A stretch of DNA of 64,000 nt, from the IMG/VR virus record IMGVR_UViG_3300037189_028117, positions 18,977-82,976 of that record. One strand, 5' to 3'. A program made the translations under genes and the position numbers. Within the stretch, counting starts at the first letter, position 1. Every line of letters begins with the position of its first letter. The notes beneath the pieces were generated by a model. It was given only the letters and a program-made list of their open reading frames with translations. It was not told where the DNA came from and did not search any database. The stretch comes from a virus. Taxonomy: Duplodnaviria > Heunggongvirae > Uroviricota > Caudoviricetes. Shown piece by piece: positions 38,200 to 48,201 of this stretch.

Positions 38200-39501
38200 A
38201 TGACAACATTAACAGAACTAGACATTGAGAAACAAGAAGATTTATCTAAAAAAAGACTTAAGTCATTTACCCCGAAATATTCAAACTTAAATGATAGACC
38301 TGAATCAAATTTAATAGATTTAATGAATTGGGTTCAAAATACATTTAAAACTGAATTGAAAGATTCAAAACATTTAAGTAATGTCATTCACAATAAAATT
38401 GTAATTGATGGACCATTCGTTCAATTTTGCGAAGAAAATGAAATAAAAATAGAATGTTTATATAAAGATTCTTTTGCTTCTTGGAAGTCCGAAAATAACT
38501 TTGAAAGTTTCACATTTCAAGGTGTTTTTAAAATTTCAAAAGGAAATCTTGAATTTATACAATCTTCCTTATTTCATAAGGGCAATCAAAACGAAGATGA
38601 AGTTTCATATTTTATAGTTGTAAGCGATGATAAATTTCATCAATATACAAAATTAAGAAATGATTATGATAGTTGGTTAATTGCAAGAGACCGTGAAAAT
38701 CTTGAAATCCAAGTCATTGGAGGAGAGCCAATTCCATATGAAAGGAACCTTTCTTGGGATGATCTTTTCATGGAAGAATCTTTGAAAAAAGAAATAAAAG
38801 GTACGGTTGAAGGTTTTCTTAATGCAGAATCTCTTTATAAAGAACGTGGTATTCCATGGAAAAGAGGTGTTTTGTTTTTCGGGGAGCCAGGAAATGGAAA
38901 AACATCTGCAATAAGAACGATTATATCAGAATATAATTTTAAGCCAGTTACAGTTCAAAATAGCGCATCCACTAATGATGATACCATTACTGAAGCTTTT
39001 GTTTATGCAGAACAACAGGGGCCTTCATTATTATATTTTGAAGATCTAGATAGTTTGTTGCAACAAAATATTAGCTTAAGTCATTTTTTGAATTTAATGG
39101 ACGGCGTTGCATCTAAACAAGGAATTTTCATAATTGCTACAGCTAATGAACCAGGAATATTAAAGCAATCTATAACAGACAGACCTTCTAGATTTGATCG
39201 TAAATGGGAATTTAAATTACCAGATGAAAAGAGTTCTTTAGATTATTTAAAGAAGTGGTTTGGAACACAAATTAAAGAAGAATCTTTGAAAAAAGTTGCC
39301 GAAAAAACTGTAAAATATAAATTTTCTTTTTCATATTTGAAAGAATTATATATAACTGCGGCATATTCTGCAATTTCAAATAATAGAAAAACACCAAATA
39401 ATAAAGATTTATCAATTGCCTTGAAGCAATTGGTAGGAGATAAAACAAGAGCGCAAGATGGGTTTTATACAAATACAAGTGAGGAAATAGGAATAAGATG
39501 A
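38200..39501 (+). CDS. AAA family ATPase
   Basis: Walker A 'GEPGNGKTS', Walker B 'LLYFEDLD', sensor 'ATANEP'. Confidence 0.75.
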   Translation: MTTLTELDIEKQEDLSKKRLKSFTPKYSNLNDRPESNLIDLMNWVQNTFKTELKDSKHLSNVIHNKIVIDGPFVQFCEENEIKIECLYKDSFASWKSENNFESFTFQGVFKISKGNLEFIQSSLFHKGNQNEDEVSYFIVVSDDKFHQYTKLRNDYDSWLIARDRENLEIQVIGGEPIPYERNLSWDDLFMEESLKKEIKGTVEGFLNAESLYKERGIPWKRGVLFFGEPGNGKTSAIRTIISEYNFKPVTVQNSASTNDDTITEAFVYAEQQGPSLLYFEDLDSLLQQNISLSHFLNLMDGVASKQGIFIIATANEPGILKQSITDRPSRFDRKWEFKLPDEKSSLDYLKKWFGTQIKEESLKKVAEKTVKYKFSFSYLKELYITAAYSAISNNRKTPNNKDLSIALKQLVGDKTRAQDGFYTNTSEEIGIR

Positions 39502-39755
39502 GTAAAGCAACCAAAATACCAGCAACATTAGATCAAATGAGAAAGTTTTCGGCAATTGAAGCAAAACCAGCTTCTGATTCAAGAGAAGATTTTGAATATG
39601 CTTTGAGAATTTTTAAATCAATAGTTCAAAAGGAAAGAATTTTATCTCTTTATAAAGAAAAACAAAGATATGAAAAACCTTCCGTTAAAAAAAGAAGAAA
39701 GAAAATCGAAGCTTTGCAAAGAGCTAAAGAAGAAAAGGTAAAAGATGGAGAGTGA
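39498..39755 (+). CDS. rpsU: ribosomal protein bS21 homolog (with ~30-aa N-terminal extension)
   Basis: 'EDFEYALRIFKSIVQKERILSLYKEKQRYEKPSVKKRRKK' vs E. coli S21 '[40 protein letters not shown]'. Confidence 0.7.
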   Translation: MSKATKIPATLDQMRKFSAIEAKPASDSREDFEYALRIFKSIVQKERILSLYKEKQRYEKPSVKKRRKKIEALQRAKEEKVKDGE

Positions 39756-40137
39756 TAAAAAGGATTTGGTGGATCAAAAAAGGTCAAACCAAATCCCTTT
39801 TTCTGGATATAATACGGAAGTTTTATTTTCAGAAAGAGAGATTGACCCTAATGAAGAATCTTTTGAGGTAGATCAAATAACTGAACCACCTCCTCCAATA
39901 CCAGATTTTGTTGAGGAATTAACGGAAGAATCTAGCGAAGAAGATGATTTTTTATCTTTAAAATCTTTAAGTGATGGAATGTACTGTTTATTTTACGAAG
40001 ATCAACTGGTATTAAATGGAACAAAAGATAAGATAAAAAATTACTTATCAGAAGTAATATTAAATGATGTTCCCGTTGAATCATTTTCCGTTTTGAAAAA
40101 GGTAACTTTGAAAGTTGGTATTTCATTGGATGAATAA
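39745..40137 (+). CDS. hypothetical acidic protein
   Basis: ORF. Confidence 0.4.
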   Translation: MESDKKDLVDQKRSNQIPFSGYNTEVLFSEREIDPNEESFEVDQITEPPPPIPDFVEELTEESSEEDDFLSLKSLSDGMYCLFYEDQLVLNGTKDKIKNYLSEVILNDVPVESFSVLKKVTLKVGISLDE

Positions 40138-40793
40138 TGTCAAAAAAAATATCTGAAATAATAATTGAGTTGAATGATAAAACTGATAAAATTTTACAAA
40201 ATCTTGTAAATCAAGATTTATTGTTAAAAACAATCGTTAAAAGGTTGAATTCAATTTCATTATTATTAAACAATGACAAAATATCAAATAATATTTCAAA
40301 CGAAATATCTCAATTAACAGAAGAAATAAAATCAATACCATCAATTTTAACTACATCCACACACACGTACGTGGATGAAAAATCAAATGAAATTGAAGTA
40401 AAAGAAACAATACAAACCGACCCTAACCTTATTAGGGTTCCAGGAATGAAAGAAGGTATATTTCTTCATAAAGATACTGGAATTGTTCATAAAAAAACAA
40501 TTAGGGGTCAGCAATATGCTGTTCCCGTTCAACAAAAACTTTTGTATTCAGATGGAACTCCAATAACGATGGCAAATGTAGAATTATTGTCAGAAGAAAC
40601 TGGATCTTTAGTTTCTGTAAAAAAATTAAAAACAAATGCGACTGGAAAATGGACAACAAATATTCAACCAGGATCTTATGTTGTCAAAGTTTTTAAAAAC
40701 AAAAATCATAATAGAGAAGAAGTTAGGCATTTAGCGGATATAGTTGTTCCCGAAGATAAGTCAGGAACCCAATTACAGGATTTAATAATATGA
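40137..40793 (+). CDS. hypothetical coiled-coil protein
   Basis: ORF. Confidence 0.4.
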   Translation: MSKKISEIIIELNDKTDKILQNLVNQDLLLKTIVKRLNSISLLLNNDKISNNISNEISQLTEEIKSIPSILTTSTHTYVDEKSNEIEVKETIQTDPNLIRVPGMKEGIFLHKDTGIVHKKTIRGQQYAVPVQQKLLYSDGTPITMANVELLSEETGSLVSVKKLKTNATGKWTTNIQPGSYVVKVFKNKNHNREEVRHLADIVVPEDKSGTQLQDLII

Positions 40794-41185
40794 AAATATA
40801 TTTAGCTTCATATAAGGAAACTAATAATCATGGCTTTGGTAGGAAAATTTCTGTTGCTGAATCTAAACCTCCAGAATTAGATATAAAATTTATATATAAA
40901 GATTTTGTACCATCAAATGAAATAATAAATAATTATTATTTAAACAAAAATAAAAACCAAGATTTGGCAGCAAAAGCTTTTGAATTAGAGTTTTCTAAAC
41001 AATTAGATGAATTTAAAGGAAAATTATTAAAATTTTGCGAAAATAATAACAAAGAACCGAAAGAAGTTCTTCCTTTTAAAGATGGAGATACTTTATTGTC
41101 TTGGGAAAGGTTTGGTTATTCTAATTATAGAAAACCTATATCTAACCTTTTAGAATCTTTGGGTTATGAGGTGATTTTAAAATGA
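40790..41185 (+). CDS. hypothetical protein
   Basis: ORF. Confidence 0.4.
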   Translation: MKIYLASYKETNNHGFGRKISVAESKPPELDIKFIYKDFVPSNEIINNYYLNKNKNQDLAAKAFELEFSKQLDEFKGKLLKFCENNNKEPKEVLPFKDGDTLLSWERFGYSNYRKPISNLLESLGYEVILK

Positions 41186-41616
41186 GAAAAAACCCATGGA
41201 TAAAAAGAAAAGCAAAAATATTATATGGTGATTTGAATAAAAAAATAGAATCTGATGAAGAATATAGTAAACACTCTGATATTTTAAATAAAAAATCATT
41301 GGAGGCTGATGAGCTTGTTAATGATATTAATTTAATTAATGAAAAATTTATAAAAATTTCAGAAAAATTAAAAACAAAATCACCAGATCTTTTAATAGAA
41401 GCTTTGCCAATAGAAAATACAAAAGATTTTTATGATATAGAATATCATGGTAAATTAACAAAACCAACATATTCTGATTTTTCAGAATTAATAAAAACAG
41501 CCAAGGTTTTAGATAAAATATCGGTTCAAGTTGAAAAAACAGAGGAAGAAGAAAGAATCCTTAAAATTGAGCAATTAATATTAAAAATAAACAAAATATT
41601 AGAAATTAATAATTAA
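41182..41616 (+). CDS. hypothetical protein
   Basis: ORF. Confidence 0.4.
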   Translation: MRKNPWIKRKAKILYGDLNKKIESDEEYSKHSDILNKKSLEADELVNDINLINEKFIKISEKLKTKSPDLLIEALPIENTKDFYDIEYHGKLTKPTYSDFSELIKTAKVLDKISVQVEKTEEEERILKIEQLILKINKILEINN

Positions 41617-41629
41617 TTAGCATAAGTAT

Positions 41630-42067
41630 GTGATTAAAGAAGCTGAAAAACACTTTATAGATGCTTTGTTTATATTAGCTTCTGCTGGACCAAATGTTAT
41701 AATTGAGCCAGTAGAACCTATGGTACAAAAAGCTGTAGACATTTTAAAAAGAATGAATTCAAATTATTTTGATGGCATTAGTAAAATTAAAGCTAATTAT
41801 GGATCAAATGCATTTGGTTTTGTTGAATCTGGTAAAGATAAAGATCCAACAATACTGAATATTAATTTAAATAAATTAAAAGGTTTAACTGACCCTATTG
41901 AGATTTTATATCAAACAATAGTTACAATTGCTCATGAAGCAGCTCACGCCAAATCTTTTGATGAAAAATCTGGATTTGTTGGCGGAGAGTCGGTCGCAGA
42001 AGCTGAAGAAAGAAAAGTTGAACAATGGTTAAAAGCAAATATAAAACTTTTGCAGGATAATGTTTAA
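41630..42067 (+). CDS. small HEXXH (zincin-like) protein
   Basis: 'TIAHEAAHAKSF'. Confidence 0.4.
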   Translation: MIKEAEKHFIDALFILASAGPNVIIEPVEPMVQKAVDILKRMNSNYFDGISKIKANYGSNAFGFVESGKDKDPTILNINLNKLKGLTDPIEILYQTIVTIAHEAAHAKSFDEKSGFVGGESVAEAEERKVEQWLKANIKLLQDNV

Positions 42068-42433
42068 ATGTTTGAAAATATAGAACAATTATCAAAAATC
42101 TTTTATAAAGAAGCTCAAATTAAATCCATATTAATGGATAAAGATTTATTTGTTTTATTAAATGATATGATTTTTGGAACAAAACATAAATCAGAAATGA
42201 TATCAATTTTAATAAAAAATGATATTTTTCCAAAAAAAGTAAATGATAATATATATTTACTGTTTAAAACAAATGGTGTTATTTATAGAAATGTAATTTT
42301 AGACTCTTATGGTGGATATTTTATTAGATATAAAGATCCAATAGAAGTAAAAAAGCTTTATGATTCTTTGGAATTCAAAAATTTTGTTAACAACCAGGAA
42401 GCTTATGCATTATGGTCAGATAGAGTGGAATAA
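42068..42433 (+). CDS. hypothetical protein
   Basis: ORF. Confidence 0.4.
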   Translation: MFENIEQLSKIFYKEAQIKSILMDKDLFVLLNDMIFGTKHKSEMISILIKNDIFPKKVNDNIYLLFKTNGVIYRNVILDSYGGYFIRYKDPIEVKKLYDSLEFKNFVNNQEAYALWSDRVE

Positions 42434-42767
42434 CAGGGAAGATGACCCTCAGTTTAAAGAATGGTCTTTGGAAGTTAAAAAAAGAGATAATTTTACTTGT
42501 CAAATTTGTGGGATTAGAGGTGTTTACCTTGAGAGTCATCATTTAAATTCGTGGGATTGGTGCATAAAAGAAAGGTATGACATTGACAATGGCGTTAGTC
42601 TGTGCAAAGCTTGTCATCATGACAGATTTCATAAACAATATGGCTATGGCAAAAATACAAAATTTCAATATTTTGAATTCAAAAAATTAGTTGCCCTGTT
42701 CAAAACAGTAATAAAAAAAGAGATAGAGAGTTACGGCTTGAAAGTGAACAATAATAGTGATGACTGA
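42405..42767 (+). CDS. HNH endonuclease
   Basis: 'CQICG...ESHHLNSWDWC...CKACHHDRFH'. Confidence 0.7.
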   Translation: MHYGQIEWNNREDDPQFKEWSLEVKKRDNFTCQICGIRGVYLESHHLNSWDWCIKERYDIDNGVSLCKACHHDRFHKQYGYGKNTKFQYFEFKKLVALFKTVIKKEIESYGLKVNNNSDD

Positions 42768-43548
42768 TATACAAGAAATATTTAACACAATCAAAGAGCA
42801 AGAAAATTCAAAAAAGAAAATTATTGCATCAACTTCAAATAAAGTTGAAAATTTTACTTCAATTGAAGAAAAAGAAGAGAATATAAAAGTTTTCATGAAA
42901 AACATGAAAAATGATTTATTTAAAATCTTTGATGGATCAAATGGTGAAATTCAAATAGATCCATTTGATAATATTTCTTTTGTTATGGAAATTCAAGAAG
43001 ATTCAGTTCTTTCAAAAGAACACATGGAAATCACAAGATTAAGAGGTCATAAATATACAAACCTTGATGCAATTGATGGGGAAGCTGCTTTTGTATATTT
43101 AATGAACCCAATTCTTGAACACCTAAAGTTTAGTACCAGATTTTTATTGGATGGAAGATCATATAAAAATATGGGTGATAATGGAGATTTTAAATTTGGA
43201 TCTAAAAGATTAGACATAAAAACAAGACAAGTTAGATCTTCTAATTTTAGATCTAAAACAAATTTACTTATAAACGAAAGTACAATAAGTAAAAAGTTTA
43301 ATTATTATGGTCTAGTTCATAGAGAAGGAGATTCCTCTTTAGAAGGAAAACAAAGACGTTGTACATTTGTCGGAACTGCCACGCATGAAAAAGTTGTAGA
43401 AAATCCACCATTTATTATAGGTAATGGTGATGGAAGGAAAGATTTGGGTAAGAAATATGAAGTAAAAATAGATGAGTTAGATTCTCTATCTATTTTAATA
43501 GCTGATGTTTGTTTAGAATTATTCTACCGTGGGGGTAATAATCCATGA
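42757..43548 (+). CDS. hypothetical protein (263 aa)
   Basis: ORF. Confidence 0.45.
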   Translation: MMTDIQEIFNTIKEQENSKKKIIASTSNKVENFTSIEEKEENIKVFMKNMKNDLFKIFDGSNGEIQIDPFDNISFVMEIQEDSVLSKEHMEITRLRGHKYTNLDAIDGEAAFVYLMNPILEHLKFSTRFLLDGRSYKNMGDNGDFKFGSKRLDIKTRQVRSSNFRSKTNLLINESTISKKFNYYGLVHREGDSSLEGKQRRCTFVGTATHEKVVENPPFIIGNGDGRKDLGKKYEVKIDELDSLSILIADVCLELFYRGGNNP

Positions 43549-43823
43549 ATGAATATGATTTCGTAAATTTTTTAAATAATTTATTATTAATTGATGAAAA
43601 AGCTATTAGTAATTTGTTCTTACATAAAACAATAACTAATAATCAATTTGCTGATTTCGAAAATGTTTTTGTATTAGAAGATGAAAATAAAGATTGTCAT
43701 TGTTCAATTTTAGGAATTATAAATGGTTATTTAAAAAAGAATGGTTCAAAATCTATGATTACAGCTGTTTCTGCGGATGATTTGGTTATATATTTTGAAT
43801 TATCAAGTATAGATGAATTATAA
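43545..43823 (+). CDS. hypothetical protein
   Basis: ORF. Confidence 0.4.
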   Translation: MNEYDFVNFLNNLLLIDEKAISNLFLHKTITNNQFADFENVFVLEDENKDCHCSILGIINGYLKKNGSKSMITAVSADDLVIYFELSSIDEL

Positions 43824-43834
43824 GATATATTAAT

Positions 43835-44800
43835 ATGGATTGGAAAGCAAAAATTTTAATTATATTAGGTGTAGTTTTAGTTATAGCATCTTTAGGATTT
43901 ATAATAAAATACCAAAGAGATATTATAAATAAGCAATCAATTATTGAAAGTTCTTTAGTTGAGCAAAAGGAACTTGCAAATGGAATTTTGAGATCTCAAG
44001 GGTCTTATATTCTAAAAAAAGATTTAGATAATTATGCCAAATCACAAAATGTAGATTTAAAACCAATTAAAGAAGATTTAGAAAAAATAAAATCAGAAAT
44101 AAAAGGCATAAATACAATTAGGGTTATAACAAATGGTGTTAAATCAGATAATTTACCATCTGATTCTGTGATAAAAATACCGAATAATGTAAACATTACA
44201 GAAGATAAATTTAATTATTTAAAGACAACTCAAATAAAAGATATAAATGAAATATCTTCTGAACAAAAAATACCATTTGGTAAAGTTGGATTCTCTGCTT
44301 GGAAAGAAAAGCCTTGGTCAGAAGAATTGTATAAAAGAGAGTATTTTGTAACAAACACAATTTCTATAGATGAAGATGGAAGAAGTAATGTTTATAATAA
44401 GTTTTCTGTGAAGGTTGATGATAAATTTTATGATTTAAAAATAAATAAAGCTGATTATGTTGACGTTTTCCCGGAAGCAAAATTTCGCTTTTCTCCAAGG
44501 TTATATGCTGGTTTCAATGGCGGTGCTTATTTAAATCAAATTGCAGGTGAAGCTTCACCAAATTTAAAACTTTACCTATTTTCTTCAGGAAAAACAAAAG
44601 TAGATCCTAATTGGATATTTTTAGGTTTAGGTGGTGGGTATGGTGTTGTTGGGCAAAGTTTCTTGTTTAACATATCTCCTGTTGGTTATAATGTAGGGCA
44701 CCATTTACCTTTTGTAAACAACATTTTTGTTGAACCATCATTTGCTATTGATATAAATGGTAATTATGCCGTATTGGCTGGATTAGCATTTGGTTTATAA
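43835..44800 (+). CDS. membrane-anchored hypothetical protein, Gly/aromatic-rich C-terminal beta-like region
   Basis: N-terminal TM 'ILIILGVVLVIASLGFII'. Confidence 0.45.
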   Translation: MDWKAKILIILGVVLVIASLGFIIKYQRDIINKQSIIESSLVEQKELANGILRSQGSYILKKDLDNYAKSQNVDLKPIKEDLEKIKSEIKGINTIRVITNGVKSDNLPSDSVIKIPNNVNITEDKFNYLKTTQIKDINEISSEQKIPFGKVGFSAWKEKPWSEELYKREYFVTNTISIDEDGRSNVYNKFSVKVDDKFYDLKINKADYVDVFPEAKFRFSPRLYAGFNGGAYLNQIAGEASPNLKLYLFSSGKTKVDPNWIFLGLGGGYGVVGQSFLFNISPVGYNVGHHLPFVNNIFVEPSFAIDINGNYAVLAGLAFGL

Positions 44801-44817
44801 ATTATATAATTTTTTAA

Positions 44818-44846
44818 TTGAAAATGATATATAAGATAGAGATAAT
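44818..44846 (+). promoter_or_regulatory. promoter for infC (TTGAAA-17-GATAAT)
   Basis: -35 44818-44823, -10 44841-44846, SD 'taggag' 44855-44860. Confidence 0.5.
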
Positions 44847-44870
44847 TAATTAAATAGGAGAATAATAAGA

Positions 44871-45413
44871 TTGCAAAACTTTAAGAATAAAAGACCAAAT
44901 AAAATATATATACCTTATAATGATAGAATTAAAGCAACTCACGTTAGATGCATAGATTCTTCAAATGAAAATATAGGTGTCTTACCTATAATGGAAGCTA
45001 TAGATAAAGCTTTCTCTGAAGATTTAGATTTAGTTCAAATTTCTGAAGGAAAGGATGGTATACCAGTTTGTAAAATAACTGATTTTGGAAAGTTTAAATT
45101 TGAATTTCAAAAGAAACAAAAAGAGACTGCTAAGAAACAAAGAGAAGCAATTATCAAAGTAAAAGAAATAAAATTAAGACCTTCTACAGAAGATAATGAT
45201 TTAAAAATAAAAGCAGAAAAAGCTAATGAATTTATAAATGATGGTGATAAAGTAAAAATATTTATAGTATTTAGAGGAAGAGAAATGGCTCATAAAGAGT
45301 TGGGTTACGAAACTTTAAATAAATTTTTAAGTTTTATACCGGAGAAAAATGTTTATAATCAATCTTTTCAAGGGAAAATTCTATCAACAATGATAGAGAA
45401 GAAAGCAAAATGA
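44871..45413 (+). CDS. infC: translation initiation factor IF-3 (TTG start)
   Basis: 'IPVCKITDFGKFKFEFQKK..KKQ...IKVKEIKLRPSTEDNDLKIK...DGDKVKIFIVFRGREMAH' colinear with bacterial IF-3. Confidence 0.85.
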   Translation: MQNFKNKRPNKIYIPYNDRIKATHVRCIDSSNENIGVLPIMEAIDKAFSEDLDLVQISEGKDGIPVCKITDFGKFKFEFQKKQKETAKKQREAIIKVKEIKLRPSTEDNDLKIKAEKANEFINDGDKVKIFIVFRGREMAHKELGYETLNKFLSFIPEKNVYNQSFQGKILSTMIEKKAK

Positions 45414-45922
45414 TAATTACAGATATAGATAAGCTTTCGGTTTTATCAGAAGATGTAAGTCCGGAAGAAGCTCTTACTATAATTGACTTATTAGAAAAAG
45501 AATTAGAAAATTCTGCAAAGCAAGGTAGTCCAGGCATTGGATTAGCTGCGCCACAAATAGGTATAAATAAAAAGGTAGCTATAGTTAGAGTTGGTGACAA
45601 TAAAATAAATCTTGTTAATTCTAAAATAGTAGAAAAAATAATACCTTTCGAATTTGATGGTGAAGGATGTCTTTCATTCCCTGGAATGATTAAAAAAACT
45701 AAAAGGTACAAAGAAATAGTTGTAGAGAACGAAATTTATCCACACAAGTTTATTGCAACTGATTTGTTGGCAGTTGTAATTCAACACGAAATTGGTCATT
45801 GGAATAACGAACTTTTGCCTTATATAGAAGATCTTAATCCAAAAGTAAAACAGAAATTACGACCGAATGATCTATGTAATTGTGGTAGTGGTAAAAAATA
45901 TAAAAAATGTTGTGGAGCATAA
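45410..45922 (+). CDS. def: peptide deformylase with C-terminal SEC-C zinc motif
   Basis: PDF motifs 'GIGLAAPQIG', 'EGCLSFPG', 'QHEIGH'; C-terminus 'CNCGSGKKYKKCCG' = SecA-type SEC-C. Confidence 0.8.
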   Translation: MIITDIDKLSVLSEDVSPEEALTIIDLLEKELENSAKQGSPGIGLAAPQIGINKKVAIVRVGDNKINLVNSKIVEKIIPFEFDGEGCLSFPGMIKKTKRYKEIVVENEIYPHKFIATDLLAVVIQHEIGHWNNELLPYIEDLNPKVKQKLRPNDLCNCGSGKKYKKCCGA

Positions 45923-45924
45923 AT

Positions 45925-46128
45925 ATGAATGAAGAAGATGACAAAAAACTTAATAAAGACCAGATGTTAATGGTTGCTTTGATTAAAATTTCAGTGCTTG
46001 AAAAACTATTAATAGAATCTAATATAATTAGTGAAGAGGCTTATTCTAAGGCAATTAATGAATTTAGTGAAAAATTCAAATTGATTTTAGAAAGTTCGAT
46101 TCGAGAAAAGGTTTCTTCAAAACAATGA
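45925..46128 (+). CDS. hypothetical small protein
   Basis: ORF starting 'MNEEDD'. Confidence 0.35.
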   Translation: MNEEDDKKLNKDQMLMVALIKISVLEKLLIESNIISEEAYSKAINEFSEKFKLILESSIREKVSSKQ

Positions 46129-46134
46129 GGATAT

Positions 46135-46437
46135 ATGGAAAATTACAAAACAGATATTAATTTGAGTGAGGGAAAATTGGTTTTAAAATTTAATGCCGTA
46201 TGGTGCGGTGTTTGTAAATCTATGGAACCATTTATGGATAAAATGAATCAGGAATTTCCTGATATAAAAATTTACAATGTAGATATAGATGATTATCCAG
46301 AATTAACTCAAAAATTTTCTGTAAAAATGTTACCAACTCTTGTTTATTTGGAAAATGGTAATGAAACAAATAGAACAAATGGTAAAATTTTAATTAGTGC
46401 TTTGAGAAAAGCATTTAGAGATTTGCAAGAAAAATAA
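46135..46437 (+). CDS. thioredoxin
   Basis: 'VLKFNAVWCGVCK', 'MLPTLVYLENG'. Confidence 0.75.
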   Translation: MENYKTDINLSEGKLVLKFNAVWCGVCKSMEPFMDKMNQEFPDIKIYNVDIDDYPELTQKFSVKMLPTLVYLENGNETNRTNGKILISALRKAFRDLQEK

Positions 46438-46448
46438 AAGGATAAAGT

Positions 46449-46751
46449 ATGAGTCAGAAAGAAACAGACAAGCCAGTTCAAGAAAAAAGAAAATCAAAAG
46501 CAGAAATGATATGGGATAAAGTAAGCACAGTTTCGTTGGAATTGTTTTCTTTACCAAACCAATTAGTTAGTAAACATTTTGAAGTGGTATCTACTTCTGG
46601 AGATACAGTTTACTTAAAAAGTAAGACTTCAGCAGCATTTCCAGCTTTAGATGAAGCTTTAAATAGAACTTTTCCAAATAAATTTGAAGTTACTTTAAAT
46701 GGAGAAGGTTATATTTCTGTAAAAGAAAAAGAAACTGATTTTACATTGTAA
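46449..46751 (+). CDS. hypothetical protein
   Basis: ORF. Confidence 0.4.
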   Translation: MSQKETDKPVQEKRKSKAEMIWDKVSTVSLELFSLPNQLVSKHFEVVSTSGDTVYLKSKTSAAFPALDEALNRTFPNKFEVTLNGEGYISVKEKETDFTL

Positions 46752-47192
46752 GTGGAAAATAAAGAAAGCCCAGAATTATTATTAGTTTTAGGATGCTTTG
46801 GTTTAATAGAAGAGGGTTTTACACATTGTTCTTCATGTGAAAACAAAATTCTAAAAATAAACCAAAGTATCCAAAATTATTCTAATTTAATAGAATACTT
46901 AGATTCTTGTAGATTGTTTGATAAACCATTATATGATATGAATGGAGTTAAAAACGTCATTCAAAATATACATGTTAAATTTAATTTAAATAACTTCAAA
47001 AAACTTTGGCATCAAAAAGAAATAGATAATTATGAAAAATTCATTTCTTCTCATAAAAGATGCGGTCTTTATTTAAAATTAATTCTAGAAGAAACTCAAA
47101 TAAAACAAGAAACAACTGAAGTTCTTGAAAATATTCAAAATAATGAAGAAAATGTAATATTTATACCAAATAATAAAAGGAAAAAATGGTAA
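46752..47192 (+). CDS. hypothetical protein
   Basis: ORF. Confidence 0.4.
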   Translation: MENKESPELLLVLGCFGLIEEGFTHCSSCENKILKINQSIQNYSNLIEYLDSCRLFDKPLYDMNGVKNVIQNIHVKFNLNNFKKLWHQKEIDNYEKFISSHKRCGLYLKLILEETQIKQETTEVLENIQNNEENVIFIPNNKRKKW

Positions 47193-47602
47193 CGGTTAAA
47201 AGATTATCTGACGGAGAAATCGTTAATAAAAACAACGATTTAGACATTAAAAATTTTTTAGATGAAGATTCATTTAAGATTTTGTCAAAAGATTTGAATA
47301 AAAACATAAATTCTTTCTTAGTAAAGAATTTTCCTGGTTTCGATAATATGTATTATAAAACGGTTTCAAGCGAAATTTTGTCAATTTTTCAACTAGAATT
47401 TGATGATAAAATACAAAATTTATTAAATTTAATAAATGAAAATAAAAAATTACAAGATAACATGAAAACATTTAAGGAAGAGGCAGCGGTTTTAAACCCT
47501 GAAGACTCTTGTTTTGAAATACAAACGGTGTCTATTAATTCAGTTGATTATCTTGGAAATCCCGTTGATATCAACGATAGGTTTAAGCTTGGCAAAATTT
47601 AG
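47186..47602 (+). CDS. hypothetical protein
   Basis: ORF. Confidence 0.4.
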   Translation: MVTVKRLSDGEIVNKNNDLDIKNFLDEDSFKILSKDLNKNINSFLVKNFPGFDNMYYKTVSSEILSIFQLEFDDKIQNLLNLINENKKLQDNMKTFKEEAAVLNPEDSCFEIQTVSINSVDYLGNPVDINDRFKLGKI

Positions 47603-47780
47603 CGCATAATTTTGTATTTTTACATGGATCTTTCCAAAAGAAAAAGAATTTTAAGATATATTTTGTTAAATAAATTATTAAATAAAAAAACAAATATATC
47701 AAATAATTCTGCGAGGCCAGAATATATGAGTCCAGCAGATAGAAGTTCTTATAATTATGGTTATATGACATCTGCAGAAA

Positions 47781-48200
47781 TTGGTGCTGGAGAACCTAAC
47801 ATTTGGTGAAAATATGAGAACAATTAGCAAAAATCAATATGAGAGAATGATAGTTCAAGCTGAAGAAGCTGATTCTTTAGGTTTAACTAAAATTTCAGAA
47901 AATTTAACTAAACAAATAGAAAAAAACTCTATAAGAGAAGATGTAGAATCGTATACTTATGCATCTGAAGATTACATGAAAGACGTTGAAGAAAATTTAT
48001 GGAATATAATTGTTAGAACAGCTGATTTTCATGGTGTTTCAATAAATGCAGAAAATTCACAAAAGCTTGTTGAATATTTTTCTGAAAAAATATCAGAATC
48101 AATAAGAAAAGAATTAAAAGTAAAAACATCAATTGGTTCTTATGAACCAAAATTACCTGGCGAAGATGGTAATTTTACTTTGTTAGAAATAGAGGGTTAA
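47781..48200 (+). CDS. hypothetical protein
   Basis: ORF. Confidence 0.4.
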   Translation: MVLENLTFGENMRTISKNQYERMIVQAEEADSLGLTKISENLTKQIEKNSIREDVESYTYASEDYMKDVEENLWNIIVRTADFHGVSINAENSQKLVEYFSEKISESIRKELKVKTSIGSYEPKLPGEDGNFTLLEIEG

Positions 48201-48201
48201 T

